Assembly: GCA_035561315.1 (NCBI GenBank)
Contig: DATMXR010000112.1
Span: forward strand, 1 to 44,367
Length of the DNA stretch: 44,367 nt
Direction: 5' to 3'
DNA from: Feifaniaceae bacterium
GTDB lineage: Bacteria; Bacillota; Clostridia; Christensenellales; CAG-138
In this document: in pieces, positions 17,915 through 27,185 of the stretch
How positions within the stretch are numbered: the stretch's first letter is position 1
How the letters are laid out: the number at the start of each line of letters is the position of its first letter
Program-made: the position numbers and the translations under genes
Notes under the pieces: model-generated
Told to the model about the DNA's origin: nothing
Seen by the model: only the letters and a program-made list of their open reading frames with translations
Databases searched by the model: none

Positions 17915-18379
17915 CTATTGGAATTGTACCGGTACCTTTACCACTGCCTTACGCAGCTTTCGCCCTTGCGCAGCAGCCTGACAAGGGCGATGTGCGTCTT
18001 GCGGAAAAAATATGGCAAAACTTCTCCTGTCCATTATCAGCGGTGTCCCTACCCTATCGTTTTCTGCAAATATGATGTCTTTTCCGGGGATTTCAGCCTG
18101 CCAGCCGTCCAGCTTTGCGCGCGGAGCATATCCAATGATTTCACCGTCTTCCAGCGCGATCTGTATGTCGGCATATTGATGATGCGCTTCCCACTTGGTT
18201 TCCGAAAAAGGCTTCGTCGTTGTTTCCTGCACCGTGTAGTAGACCGGGGAACCGTCCACGGAATATCTGCCCGGCTCCATCGCCCCAAAATCCGTTGACA
18301 GGATCAGTTTTGCCGCCTCGGCAAAATGCTCCCCTAAGGTTGCATATCGAGAGATATTTTCAATGGTATCAAAAATCAT
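17915..18379 (-). CDS. YhcH/YjgK/YiaL (DUF386, EbgC-like cupin) family protein
   Basis: 154 aa. The segments PGRYSVDG..., EAHHQYADIQIAL, FAIFFPQDAHRP and KAVVKVPV parallel E. coli YhcH, recalled from memory. Confidence 0.8.
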   Translation of the reverse strand: MIFDTIENISRYATLGEHFAEAAKLILSTDFGAMEPGRYSVDGSPVYYTVQETTTKPFSETKWEAHHQYADIQIALEDGEIIGYAPRAKLDGWQAEIPGKDIIFAENDRVGTPLIMDRRSFAIFFPQDAHRPCQAAAQGRKLRKAVVKVPVQFQ

Positions 18380-18392
18380 AATGTACCTCGCG

Positions 18393-19682
18393 TCAGCCCA
18401 TATAGCCCATGGTCTGGGGAAGCCATGTAACCAGGGCGGGAATATATGTGATTAGGAACAAGATCGCCATCATTACCGCGCACATGGGCAGAATTTCTCT
18501 GGATATATCCTTCAGCTTACAGCCGCTGATGCTCGCCGTTATGAACAGGCACATCCCGAAGGGCGGCGTACTGAGCCCAATCATCATAACCAGAACGATG
18601 CAGACGCCGAAGTGGACCAGATCTATTCCCAGCGCCGAAACGACGGGGATCACGATCGGCAGAAAGATATACTGTATGACGCCTACGTCCAGAATCATGC
18701 CGAGAAGGGTGAACACCAGAATGATCAAAAACAGAATGAAGTATCTGTCGTTCGTCAGGGACAATATAAAATTGGCGGCCGCTACCGAGACGCCTTCCTT
18801 TGCCACCATGTAACTCATTACGCAGGATGCCGCAGTCATAATGGTAACGCGGCCGGTTTGCAGCGCGGTATCCTTCAGGCAGCCGATGATTTGCTTCCAG
18901 CTCATGCTACGGTAAACAAACACCGAAATGAGCAGGGAATACAGAGCGGCGATAGCGCCCGCTTCCGTAGGGGTCATCACGCCGGAATAAATGCCCACAA
19001 GCAATATGACCGGGGCCATCAGCGCGGGAATCGCCTTGAAGGTATGCATGCAAAACTGCTTAAAGGTATATTTCTGGCCGCGCGGATAGTTCCGCTTGAT
19101 GGACACGACCGCGGAGTAGATGCTCAGCGCACCTCCGATCAGCAGGCCCGGCACAACGCCTCCCATGAACAGCGCGCCCACAGACGCGCCCGAAAGCATG
19201 GCATATATCACCATTGGAATGCTTGGCGGTATGATGGGGCCCACCGTAGACGTTGCCGAAGTAAGCGCGCAGCTGAACGGCAAATCATATCCGTCCTCTT
19301 TCATGGCCTCAATTTCTATCATTCCGACGCCGGAAGCATCGGCAACCGCCGAACCGGACATCCCGGCGAATATGACTGAAGTCAGCACGTTTACCTGCGC
19401 CAGCGCGCCGCGCTTTCTTCCGATCAGCGCTTTGCAGAAGTCGAACAGGCGTTGGGTCACTTTCCCGGAATTCATAAAATTCGCCATCAGTACGAACATC
19501 GGCACCGCTAGAATGGTATAGTTCCCATACATGCCGTTCACAATCTTGTCGGCCACAATGCCCAAGTCCGCTCCGGTTATTGCCAAATAGACCACACCGG
19601 AAGAAATGAGGCCGAGAGAGATCGGAATATTGAATATAAACGTAAACACCAATACTGCGACGGGTATCCAGAAATTAATCAT
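18393..19682 (-). CDS. TRAP transporter large permease subunit (DctM family)
   Basis: 429 aa and polytopic, with a typical DctM sequence. It overlaps the dctQ-like gene by 8 nt. Confidence 0.92.
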   Translation of the reverse strand: MINFWIPVAVLVFTFIFNIPISLGLISSGVVYLAITGADLGIVADKIVNGMYGNYTILAVPMFVLMANFMNSGKVTQRLFDFCKALIGRKRGALAQVNVLTSVIFAGMSGSAVADASGVGMIEIEAMKEDGYDLPFSCALTSATSTVGPIIPPSIPMVIYAMLSGASVGALFMGGVVPGLLIGGALSIYSAVVSIKRNYPRGQKYTFKQFCMHTFKAIPALMAPVILLVGIYSGVMTPTEAGAIAALYSLLISVFVYRSMSWKQIIGCLKDTALQTGRVTIMTAASCVMSYMVAKEGVSVAAANFILSLTNDRYFILFLIILVFTLLGMILDVGVIQYIFLPIVIPVVSALGIDLVHFGVCIVLVMMIGLSTPPFGMCLFITASISGCKLKDISREILPMCAVMMAILFLITYIPALVTWLPQTMGYMG

Positions 19683-20214
19683 GATCGGCTCTTTCTCCTT
19701 CCTCTAGCTCCGAGGTTCCTCTTTTATGCAGGTATGTGCAAAGCAAACGAATGTCCTTGATCAGATCCCGCAACAAGTGGAGCAGGGTAAGCGCCACAAA
19801 CACCACGAAAGGCGCATACACATAGTTCAGCGGGATACGCAGCGTGGAGGACTTCTTTATGCCCGAAAACTGCACCCAGTCATACCCGGGATACAGCAGT
19901 ATGCCGAAGCATATAACCAGGAAGACCGTGCCTATCAGCCGAAATGCCAGCTGGCCTCTTTCCCCTAATTTGTCGTAAAACAGCGTGAAGCTGACATGGG
20001 AGTGTTCCCTTTGCGCGTATGGAGCCGCCAGCAGCAAGCACCACAAAAAGCCGGTAAGGCACATCTCGTATGTCCATCTCACCTGGCTCCCAAAGCAGTA
20101 CCTGGACACTACCTGTATAACGAAAGATACGAAAGTAACAATAAGGCAAAAGGTGGGGATATATACCTCTATCAAATCGAGAAAACGTTGGCCAATTTTT
20201 ATGAATATTTTCAT
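19675..20214 (-). CDS. TRAP transporter small permease subunit (DctQ family)
   Basis: 179 aa with four predicted hydrophobic helices, positioned between the DctP and DctM genes. Confidence 0.85.
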   Translation of the reverse strand: MKIFIKIGQRFLDLIEVYIPTFCLIVTFVSFVIQVVSRYCFGSQVRWTYEMCLTGFLWCLLLAAPYAQREHSHVSFTLFYDKLGERGQLAFRLIGTVFLVICFGILLYPGYDWVQFSGIKKSSTLRIPLNYVYAPFVVFVALTLLHLLRDLIKDIRLLCTYLHKRGTSELEEGERADHD

Positions 20215-20244
20215 GACACTCTCCTATCGGGCTTTTGCAGAAGC

Positions 20245-20273
20245 CGCTGCCGCATGAGCGGCTCATACGGCAG
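20245..20273 (-). other. Near-perfect 29-bp palindrome (14-bp arms, one mismatch) between the dctP-like and dctQ-like genes; a possible intercistronic mRNA stabiliser or partial terminator
   Basis: The sequence is gctgccgcatgagc-g-gctcatacggcagc. No U-tract follows it on the minus strand, so it is not a canonical terminator. Confidence 0.4.
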
Positions 20274-20296
20274 CAGTTCTATTGTTTCGGGTGGGT

Positions 20297-21382
20297 CTAG
20301 GATGCAAGTTCCTGTATTTTATTGAAAAGGTCTGCGTCCCACTCGCCGCTCTGCTCCGTATCAGCCCATTGATAGTCCATGACCTCCTGGCGGAAGGCGG
20401 ATACGTCGGGCCGGTACACGGTGACGCCCATAGCCTCAAATTCGGGGATCAGGGTCTCGATTTTTTCCAGGTTGGACGTATCGCAGAATTCACGCGCAGC
20501 CTGGGCCGCAGCGGAAACGACCTCCCGGCTCTGGTCATCCATTTTGGCCCAGACTTCTTCGCTGATAGCCAGCCAGACCTGGTCGACAATATGGTTGGTC
20601 ATGGTGATGCTCTTGGTAACCTCGCCAAAACCGTTGGACATCGTGGCAGGCAGCGGATTATCCTGGCCGTCCACAGCGCCGGTCTGCAGACCGAGGTAGG
20701 TTTCGGAAAGCGCCATGGGAATCGGGTCGGCTCCCAGCGCGGTGCACATATAGATCCAGGAGGCCGAATTGGGGACGCGCAGTTGGACGCCTTTCAAGTC
20801 GGCGCGCCCGGTAACCTCCTTATCCTCCGTGAGGTTGATCGTACGGGAGCCGATGTAGAACACGCCGATGACGCGCACCCCTATTTCATTGGCTACGGAT
20901 TCAAACAGCTCCTTGCCAATTTCGCCGTTGAGCACCGCGCTCATATGTTCGTAATCCTTGAACAGATAGGGGGCCGCAAACATGTTCAGAGAGGGAACAT
21001 ACTCTGCCAGCCAGGAAGAACTGGTCAAGCACATTTCAAGATTTCCGCGCATCATTGCATCGATGTTCGCATCCTGCGCAAAAAGCGTGGCGGAAGGATA
21101 TACTTCAACGGTGATCCAATCCGCATTTTCTTCGACCTGTTTCTTAAACTGGTACAGCGCCTGAACATGGGTTTCGGAATCGGCCGCGGCAGTGGATATC
21201 TTCAGAGTGATGGGCGTACGGCCCGCTTCCTCCGCGGGCTTATCCGCCGGCGTTGCCGTTTTAGAACCGCCCGGCGCCGCCGCAGCGGCCGTTTCCGCGG
21301 GAACGTTCGTGCTCCCTGCGCTGCAGGCAACCAGTACAAACGCCATGAACAGCGCCACTAAAGTTGATACCGCCTTTTTCAA
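20297..21382 (-). CDS. TRAP transporter substrate-binding lipoprotein (DctP family)
   Basis: The signal and lipobox are MKKAVSTLVALFMAFVLVACSAGS, followed by a low-complexity linker and a DctP-like body. Confidence 0.9.
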   Translation of the reverse strand: MKKAVSTLVALFMAFVLVACSAGSTNVPAETAAAAAPGGSKTATPADKPAEEAGRTPITLKISTAAADSETHVQALYQFKKQVEENADWITVEVYPSATLFAQDANIDAMMRGNLEMCLTSSSWLAEYVPSLNMFAAPYLFKDYEHMSAVLNGEIGKELFESVANEIGVRVIGVFYIGSRTINLTEDKEVTGRADLKGVQLRVPNSASWIYMCTALGADPIPMALSETYLGLQTGAVDGQDNPLPATMSNGFGEVTKSITMTNHIVDQVWLAISEEVWAKMDDQSREVVSAAAQAAREFCDTSNLEKIETLIPEFEAMGVTVYRPDVSAFRQEVMDYQWADTEQSGEWDADLFNKIQELAS

Positions 21383-21427
21383 TTGCTTTTCCTCCTGTAT
21401 GTTTTTATGGAACTTTCGCCATTTGCT

Positions 21428-22342
21428 TTAGAGTTTCTTTCTGTATTTGCTGGGGCTTATGCCCTCCATCTTTTTGAAAAACCTTGTAAATACATACGGA
21501 TTGGCAAAGCCCAAATCCGCGCTGATATTCTGTATGGCGTCATCGGTTGAGCGCAGCCTGTTTTTTGCGGCGGTATGCTTGCAAAAATTGATATATTCTT
21601 TGACGGTCATGCTGCACTCGGCAAGAAAGATCCGATCAAGCTGCCGGACGCTCAAATGCGATATCGTGGCAACCTTGGCACACGAAAGAGGAATATGGAC
21701 ATTATCCTGAATAAACTGTTTTGCTATCGAAAAGCGCATATCATGTTTGGGAATCATTTCGCCCATGATGTCAGGCGCCGCCACGTCTGAACTTTTCGCT
21801 ATTTCTAATATGAGCATGCCGGCAAGCATGCGTATCCCGAGCATGTTTCCCCAAGTGGAGTGCTGGCTTTCCTGCAGCGCAAATTGGAAAAGCGTCTTCA
21901 TGCGCCCGGAAAACGTCCCCAGGATGTACTCCTCTTTTAACAGGGCGTTTACCAAATGATGTTCTTCACGGCAGGAACCGCCTGTCGTTTGTATAATAAA
22001 GCAGAAGCCGAACTTCTCCGTACCCTCCTTGCGGCTGACCAGGTAATGCATCGTGTTGGGCCGGATCAGAAGGAACTGATCGGTTTTTACCGTGACGGAT
22101 TTTTTGCCGAATGCGTATACATTCTCCCCCGATTCAACCGCATGCATCTCGAAATAGATGTGGTTATGCGCATCCTCAAAAAATTTGCCTTTTCCCCTGA
22201 CATAGGATGAATCGTTGATGCTGTTAATACTGAATACGTCGACCGACAGCTGGTCGCCCATTAAGGGAACGGATGCCACGCTATATCGGGAAGGGCCAGA
22301 ATGATTGGTTGTCATATTGCGTTTCTCCTGATTCATTCTCAT
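21428..22342 (-). CDS. AraC-family transcriptional regulator (N-terminal cupin-like sensor + C-terminal HTH)
   Basis: The C-terminal HTH reads ...ISADLGFANPYVFTRFFKKMEGISPSKYRKK. It lies only 45 nt upstream of the dctP-like start and is divergent from the FAD oxidoreductase operon. Confidence 0.88.
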   Translation of the reverse strand: MRMNQEKRNMTTNHSGPSRYSVASVPLMGDQLSVDVFSINSINDSSYVRGKGKFFEDAHNHIYFEMHAVESGENVYAFGKKSVTVKTDQFLLIRPNTMHYLVSRKEGTEKFGFCFIIQTTGGSCREEHHLVNALLKEEYILGTFSGRMKTLFQFALQESQHSTWGNMLGIRMLAGMLILEIAKSSDVAAPDIMGEMIPKHDMRFSIAKQFIQDNVHIPLSCAKVATISHLSVRQLDRIFLAECSMTVKEYINFCKHTAAKNRLRSTDDAIQNISADLGFANPYVFTRFFKKMEGISPSKYRKKL

Positions 22343-22520
22343 TCGGCTTCACAATACAAACGAATAACGCCAACGCCCGACTTCCCGTTACTTAAATCCT
22401 AACGAGTTCCGCCTGTCTTGTGAATTCCTCTTTGCGACAATATCATATCATTTTTAGACATTCTTTCTTTGCAAGGCCGCTCATGTCTCCAGTGTCCATA
22501 CGGAATTCCCGATAAGCAAT

Positions 22521-22585
22521 ATATCTCAAAGAACGCAGTACCTTTCTCCTCCTATTCGAAATTTTCTCCACTTGTGTTCCCCGCG
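22521..22585 (+). repeat. 65-bp direct repeat, copy 2 (64/65 identical to 16720-16784)
   Basis: This is the same 65-mer with a single A->G difference at 22535. It sits in the divergent intergenic region, 179 bp upstream of the araC-family ATG (minus strand) and 62 bp upstream of the FAD oxidoreductase ATG (plus strand). Confidence 0.95.
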
Positions 22586-22646
22586 CGGAAATAAGATAAT
22601 AGACTTGCACTTTTGTAGCCGCAATCTATGCATTGGAGATCGTTTC

Positions 22647-23864
22647 ATGTCCGCAGGCAATACGCTCAAACTCAAAGAAGACATCCCCGTTCGGAAAGAA
22701 TATGACGTGATCGTGATAGGCGGCGGCGTTGCCGGGGTTGCCGCGGCTGTCACCGCGGCCCGGTCCGGCGCGCTTACGCTGCTGGTAGAAAAGACCGTGT
22801 CGTTGGGCGGCCTTGCAACCATCGGGTACATTACGCTGTACCTGCCGCTGTGCGACGGCCTGGGTACGAAGCTCATAGGCGGGGTGGCGGAAGAACTGCT
22901 TCATTTATCCATCAAAGACAGCTACCATACCCTGCCGCCCGAATGGATGGGCCCGAACGCCGGAGGCCGCGGGACAGCGCGCTACCAGACGGAATTCAAC
23001 GGCCCGGCTTTTTTATTGCAGCTCGATCAGTTTGTGCTGGACAACGGCGTGGATCTGATGCTGGATACCCAGTTTACGTCCGCGGTATCGGAAAACGGTT
23101 ACTGCACGCATATTATTGTGGAAAACCAGGACGGAAGAAGCGCATACCGCTGCGGCTCCGTCGTCGACGCCACGGGCGACGCGAAAGTATTCGCCTCCCT
23201 GGGCGCGCCGCTCAAGCAAGGCGTCAATTACCTTTCCCCCTGGTGTTACGCCATAGACCTGCAGGCGGCGGAGGAAGCGGCCCGCTGCAAAGACGTTTCC
23301 AAAGCCGTAAAGCTGGCCATGCCGGGTTCGGATTCCCTGGGCAACGGAAACCCGGCCGGGCAGCGCCCCCTGACAGGCGCCACGGCAAACGATGTAAACG
23401 AATACCTGATCAACGGCCGCGCGCTGCTGCGCGATATGCTGACGCGGTCCGACCCGAAGCAATTTGCCTTTACGGGCCTGCCCTCCATGCCCCAATTCCG
23501 CACCGTGCGCATGATAGAGGGGATTTCCGCCGTCTCGTTCGGCCGTCAGGGCGGCTATACGGAGGATTCCATAGGAAGCTGCGGGGATTGGCGCACGCCC
23601 GGAGTCGTATTTGAAGTGCCCTACGGCGCGCTGATTACCCATACCGTGAAAAATGTCATCGCCGCCGGGCGCATCATCTCATGCGCGGACCCGCAGGCAT
23701 GGGAGGTCACGCGCGTGATACCCGTCGCCGCGATGACGGGCGAGGCCGCGGGCAAGGCCGCCGCTCTCTGCGAGGGAAAGGAATTTCAATCCCTCGACGT
23801 CGGCCTCCTGCAGCGGCATATGGCAAGCGCGGGAACGCTGGTGCATTTGCCGCACAACGCATAA
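22647..23864 (+). CDS. FAD-dependent oxidoreductase (FAD_oxidored/GIDA-like dinucleotide-binding N-terminus)
   Basis: Trimmed to the ATG at 22647 (MSAGNTLKLKEDIP...), with GGAG 7 nt upstream. The dinucleotide-binding motif is YDVIVIGGGVAGVAAAVTAARSG...LLVEK. It is 405 aa. Confidence 0.82.
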   Translation: MSAGNTLKLKEDIPVRKEYDVIVIGGGVAGVAAAVTAARSGALTLLVEKTVSLGGLATIGYITLYLPLCDGLGTKLIGGVAEELLHLSIKDSYHTLPPEWMGPNAGGRGTARYQTEFNGPAFLLQLDQFVLDNGVDLMLDTQFTSAVSENGYCTHIIVENQDGRSAYRCGSVVDATGDAKVFASLGAPLKQGVNYLSPWCYAIDLQAAEEAARCKDVSKAVKLAMPGSDSLGNGNPAGQRPLTGATANDVNEYLINGRALLRDMLTRSDPKQFAFTGLPSMPQFRTVRMIEGISAVSFGRQGGYTEDSIGSCGDWRTPGVVFEVPYGALITHTVKNVIAAGRIISCADPQAWEVTRVIPVAAMTGEAAGKAAALCEGKEFQSLDVGLLQRHMASAGTLVHLPHNA

Positions 23865-23877
23865 AGGGGGGGATTCT

Positions 23878-25149
23878 ATGCTGATCCATTTGCCATACGG
23901 AAACGGGCATATCCCGTACGATTGCGGCGGCGCCCGCATATTGACTTCCCGGGTGGGCGGCATGGGCGGCGGAAGGCCCGGCCTTGAGATCGTACGCGAG
24001 GCGATGGAGCGGCCAATAGGCGCCCCGCCCCTGAGCGAACTCGGGGAAGGCGCCGCACGGGCGACCGTCATCATCAGCGATCACACGCGCCCCGTGCCCA
24101 GCCGCGAGATATTGCCCCCTATGCTCGAAGCGATGCGGCTTTATAACCCCGGCATCCAAATCACGCTGCTGGTCGCGACGGGCTTTCACCGGGGGACCAC
24201 AAGGGCGGAGCTTCTTCAAAAGCTGGGGCCGGATATCCTTGAGCGGGAGCATGTCGTGGTACACGACTGTGAAGACGCGGCGCAGAACGTGCAGATCGGC
24301 ATACTGCCGTCCGGCGCGCCGCTTTTAATTGACCGCGCGGCGGCGGAAACGGATTTATTGGTTGCCGAAGGCTTTATAGAGCCCCACTTTTTTGCGGGCT
24401 TCTCGGGCGGGCGCAAGTCCGTTCTGCCCGGCGTATGCGACCGCGTAACGGTATTGGGGAACCATTGCAGCGCTTTTATAGACAGCCCGTTTGCCCGTAC
24501 GGGCGTGCTGGAGGGAAATCCCCTGCATATCGATATGCTCGCCGCGGCGCGGCTCGCAAAGCTCAGGTATATCGTCAATGTGGTGCTGGACGGCGGGAAG
24601 AACATCGTGCGCGCATTTGCGGGGGACCCGGCGGAGGCGCACAATGCGGGCTGCGAATTCCTGCGGCAATACTGCGTGGTGCGGGCCGCGCCCGCCGACG
24701 TGGTGATTACCACCAACGGCGGCGCGCCGCTGGACCAAAACATCTACCAGTGCGTAAAAGGGCTTACGGCGGCGGAGGCGAGCGCCAACCCCGGCGCAAC
24801 GCTGATTGTCTGCGCGGAGTGCGCCGACGGCGCGGGCGGCGAAGCGTTCTACCGGTCGCTGCGGGATTGCAAAAGCCCCGCCGCCCTCTATGATGAGATC
24901 ATGGCTACGCCGCAGAAAAAAACCGTGCAGGACCAATGGGAATCGCAGATACTTTCGCGTATACTGAAGAAGCACCGCGTCATTTTCGTTTCCCGGCCGG
25001 AACTGGAAAGCACCGTGCGGGATATGAAGATGGAATACGCCGCCACGCTTGCGCAGGCGCTTTTGATGGCCAAAGCGCAGAAGGACGGCTCGAATGTTAC
25101 GGTAATCCCCGACGGCGTTTCCGTTATTGTGGAGCCGCGGCAATTCTAA
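23878..25149 (+). CDS. larA: LarA-family nickel-pincer (NPN) dependent 2-hydroxyacid racemase/epimerase
   Basis: Motifs are VIISDHTRPVP, LVATGFHRG, and EPHFFAGFSGGRK followed 16 residues later by His (LGNHCSAF). This matches the catalytic His/His, NPN-tethering Lys and Ni-ligand His spacing of L. plantarum LarA, recalled from memory. Confidence 0.88.
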   Translation: MLIHLPYGNGHIPYDCGGARILTSRVGGMGGGRPGLEIVREAMERPIGAPPLSELGEGAARATVIISDHTRPVPSREILPPMLEAMRLYNPGIQITLLVATGFHRGTTRAELLQKLGPDILEREHVVVHDCEDAAQNVQIGILPSGAPLLIDRAAAETDLLVAEGFIEPHFFAGFSGGRKSVLPGVCDRVTVLGNHCSAFIDSPFARTGVLEGNPLHIDMLAAARLAKLRYIVNVVLDGGKNIVRAFAGDPAEAHNAGCEFLRQYCVVRAAPADVVITTNGGAPLDQNIYQCVKGLTAAEASANPGATLIVCAECADGAGGEAFYRSLRDCKSPAALYDEIMATPQKKTVQDQWESQILSRILKKHRVIFVSRPELESTVRDMKMEYAATLAQALLMAKAQKDGSNVTVIPDGVSVIVEPRQF

Positions 25150-25185
25150 AGCGCCGGTCAAATTCAGCTGAATCATGGAGAGAGT

Positions 25186-26001
25186 ATGGAAATCATCGTA
25201 TGTGTCAAGCAGGTGCCGGGAACCAACGAGGTGGAGGTCGACCCCGTGACCGGCGTATTAAAACGGGACGGCGTGGACAGCAAGCTCAACCCATACGACC
25301 TGTTCGCGCTGGAGCTTGCGTATTCGCTTTGCGAAAAATACGGCGGCCGCGTGCGGACGCTGACCATGGGCCCGCCGCAGGCGAAGGCGGCTTTGCTCGA
25401 GACGCTGTATATGGGCGCGGAAAGCGCGACTTTACTTTCGGACAGGAAATTTGCCGGTTCGGATGTGGCCGCAACGAGCTACGCGCTCAAATGCGGCGTC
25501 GAGCAGATGGGCGGTTACGACCTTATTCTCTGCGGCAAACAGACGACGGACGGCGATACCGCGCAGGTAGGGCCTGAAATGGCGGAGCTGCTCGGCATTG
25601 AGCATGCGACGAACGTATGCGAAATTATGGATGCGACGCGGGAAGACGTTACCGTCCGCATCAGCCTGGACGACAGGCTGCAGACGCAAAAAATGAAGCT
25701 GCCCTGCCTGCTGTCCATCGAGAAAGACGTCAACACGCCCCGGCTTCCTTCGTACAGGCGCATGCGCCGCATCGATGCCGGGGCCGGTCAGGTGACCGTA
25801 TGGTCCGTGCAGGAGCTTGAAACTATCGATATTGCGCGCTGCGGCCTGAAAGGCTCGCCCACGCAGGTCGAGCGGATATTCCCCCCGGAAAAGAACGCGG
25901 ATAAGCACATGCTCCATGGCAGCGGCGCGGAACTGAGCGACGCATTGGGCGCGCTGCTCAAAGAAAAGAAGCTGATATCGAGGAAATTCACATGGCGCTG
26001 A
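25186..26001 (+). CDS. etfB: Electron transfer flavoprotein beta subunit (bifurcating-type signature)
   Basis: It starts MEIIVCVKQVPG. CGKQTTDGDTAQVGP is the second-FAD-binding motif of bifurcating Etfs, where non-bifurcating Etfs have the AMP-site variant. Confidence 0.9.
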   Translation: MEIIVCVKQVPGTNEVEVDPVTGVLKRDGVDSKLNPYDLFALELAYSLCEKYGGRVRTLTMGPPQAKAALLETLYMGAESATLLSDRKFAGSDVAATSYALKCGVEQMGGYDLILCGKQTTDGDTAQVGPEMAELLGIEHATNVCEIMDATREDVTVRISLDDRLQTQKMKLPCLLSIEKDVNTPRLPSYRRMRRIDAGAGQVTVWSVQELETIDIARCGLKGSPTQVERIFPPEKNADKHMLHGSGAELSDALGALLKEKKLISRKFTWR

Positions 26002-27185
26002 ACATACATCAAGCCCTTCTCAATGAAGAGAATATCGCGCAATTGATCGCGCTCTGCCCGTTTGCCGCCATAGACGCACGGGACGGCAGACTGAACATAG
26101 GCGCAGGCTGCAGGCTTTGCAGGCTTTGCGTGACCAGAGGCCCAAAGGGCGTCATCACCTGGGAGGAAGAAGATACACAAAAGCTGGATAAAAGCGAGTG
26201 GACAGGCGTCGCGGTATTTGCCGAGCGCAGGGGCGAGAGCATTCATCCCGTTACGCTGGAACTGCTAGGAAAAGCCAGGGCGCTTGTAAAAGTCACGGGG
26301 CATCCCGTATACGCGCTGGCGATCGGCAGCGGAATGACGGATATCGCAAACGAATTGCTGCATTACGGGGCGGACAAGGTATTCGTATACGACGACGCGG
26401 CCTTGGACCGGTTCTCCATATCCCCCTATGCCAACGCGTTTTATGATTTTATAGAGCGCGCCAGGCCGTCGTCCGTACTGGTCGGCGCGACCAATATCGG
26501 CCGTTCGCTCGCGCCCAAGGTGGCGGCGCGCTGCGGCGCGGGGCTTACCGCGGACTGCACGGCGCTGCAGATGCGGGAAAACACCGATCTTGTGCAGATC
26601 CGCCCCGCGTTCGGCGGCAACATCATGGCGCAGATCATAACGCCTAATGCCCGCCCGCAATTCTGTACGGTGCGGTATCGGGTATTCGCGACGCCCCGGC
26701 GTACGGAGCGCGCAGAAGGCGAGATCGTGCGTGTGCCGGTGGACGCGCGGATGCTTGCAAGCGGCACTGCGGTGCTCGGCGTCGTCAAAAAGCCCGCGGA
26801 GATCGACCTTTCCGAGGCGGAGGTGATCGTGGCGGCGGGCAGGGGCCTCAAAAGCGCGAACGACATGCGGATGATAGAAGAGCTTGCGGAGCTTCTTGGC
26901 GCACGCGTCGCGGGCACCCGCCCATTAATAGAGGCCGGGTGGCTGGACGCCAAGCGGCAGATCGGGCTTTCGGGGCGTACCGTCAAGCCGCGGCTGCTGA
27001 TCGCAATCGGCATATCCGGCGCGGTGCAGTTCACAGCGGGCATGAAGGGCGCCGATTGCATCGTGGCCATCAACCGCGACGAACACGCGAATATATTCGA
27101 TGTGGCGCACTACGGCCTGGTAGGCGACCTTTATGAAATTGTGCCGATGCTGATCGCCGGCATCCGGGAGGGCAGGTATGTATAA
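25992..27185 (+). CDS. etfA: Electron transfer flavoprotein alpha subunit with N-terminal ferredoxin-like domain (LctC/CarE-like)
   Basis: The N-terminal Cys set is LCPF...[10 protein letters not shown]. The C-terminal FAD motif is [15 protein letters not shown]...VAINRD. It overlaps etfB by 10 nt. Confidence 0.9.
   Translation: MALNIHQALLNEENIAQLIALCPFAAIDARDGRLNIGAGCRLCRLCVTRGPKGVITWEEEDTQKLDKSEWTGVAVFAERRGESIHPVTLELLGKARALVKVTGHPVYALAIGSGMTDIANELLHYGADKVFVYDDAALDRFSISPYANAFYDFIERARPSSVLVGATNIGRSLAPKVAARCGAGLTADCTALQMRENTDLVQIRPAFGGNIMAQIITPNARPQFCTVRYRVFATPRRTERAEGEIVRVPVDARMLASGTAVLGVVKKPAEIDLSEAEVIVAAGRGLKSANDMRMIEELAELLGARVAGTRPLIEAGWLDAKRQIGLSGRTVKPRLLIAIGISGAVQFTAGMKGADCIVAINRDEHANIFDVAHYGLVGDLYEIVPMLIAGIREGRYV

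Noticed and set aside
22526-22876. A 116-aa minus-strand ORF spanning repeat copy 2 and the 5' end of the FAD oxidoreductase gene.
   Set aside because: It is antisense to a well-supported gene, and it has no RBS and no motif. Its C-terminus is simply the translated repeat.
25162-25173. A perfect 12-bp palindrome, ATTCAGCTGAAT, between larA and etfB.
   Set aside because: It is too short to be statistically remarkable in 44 kb. It cannot form a stable RNA hairpin because it has no loop. No second copy was seen.
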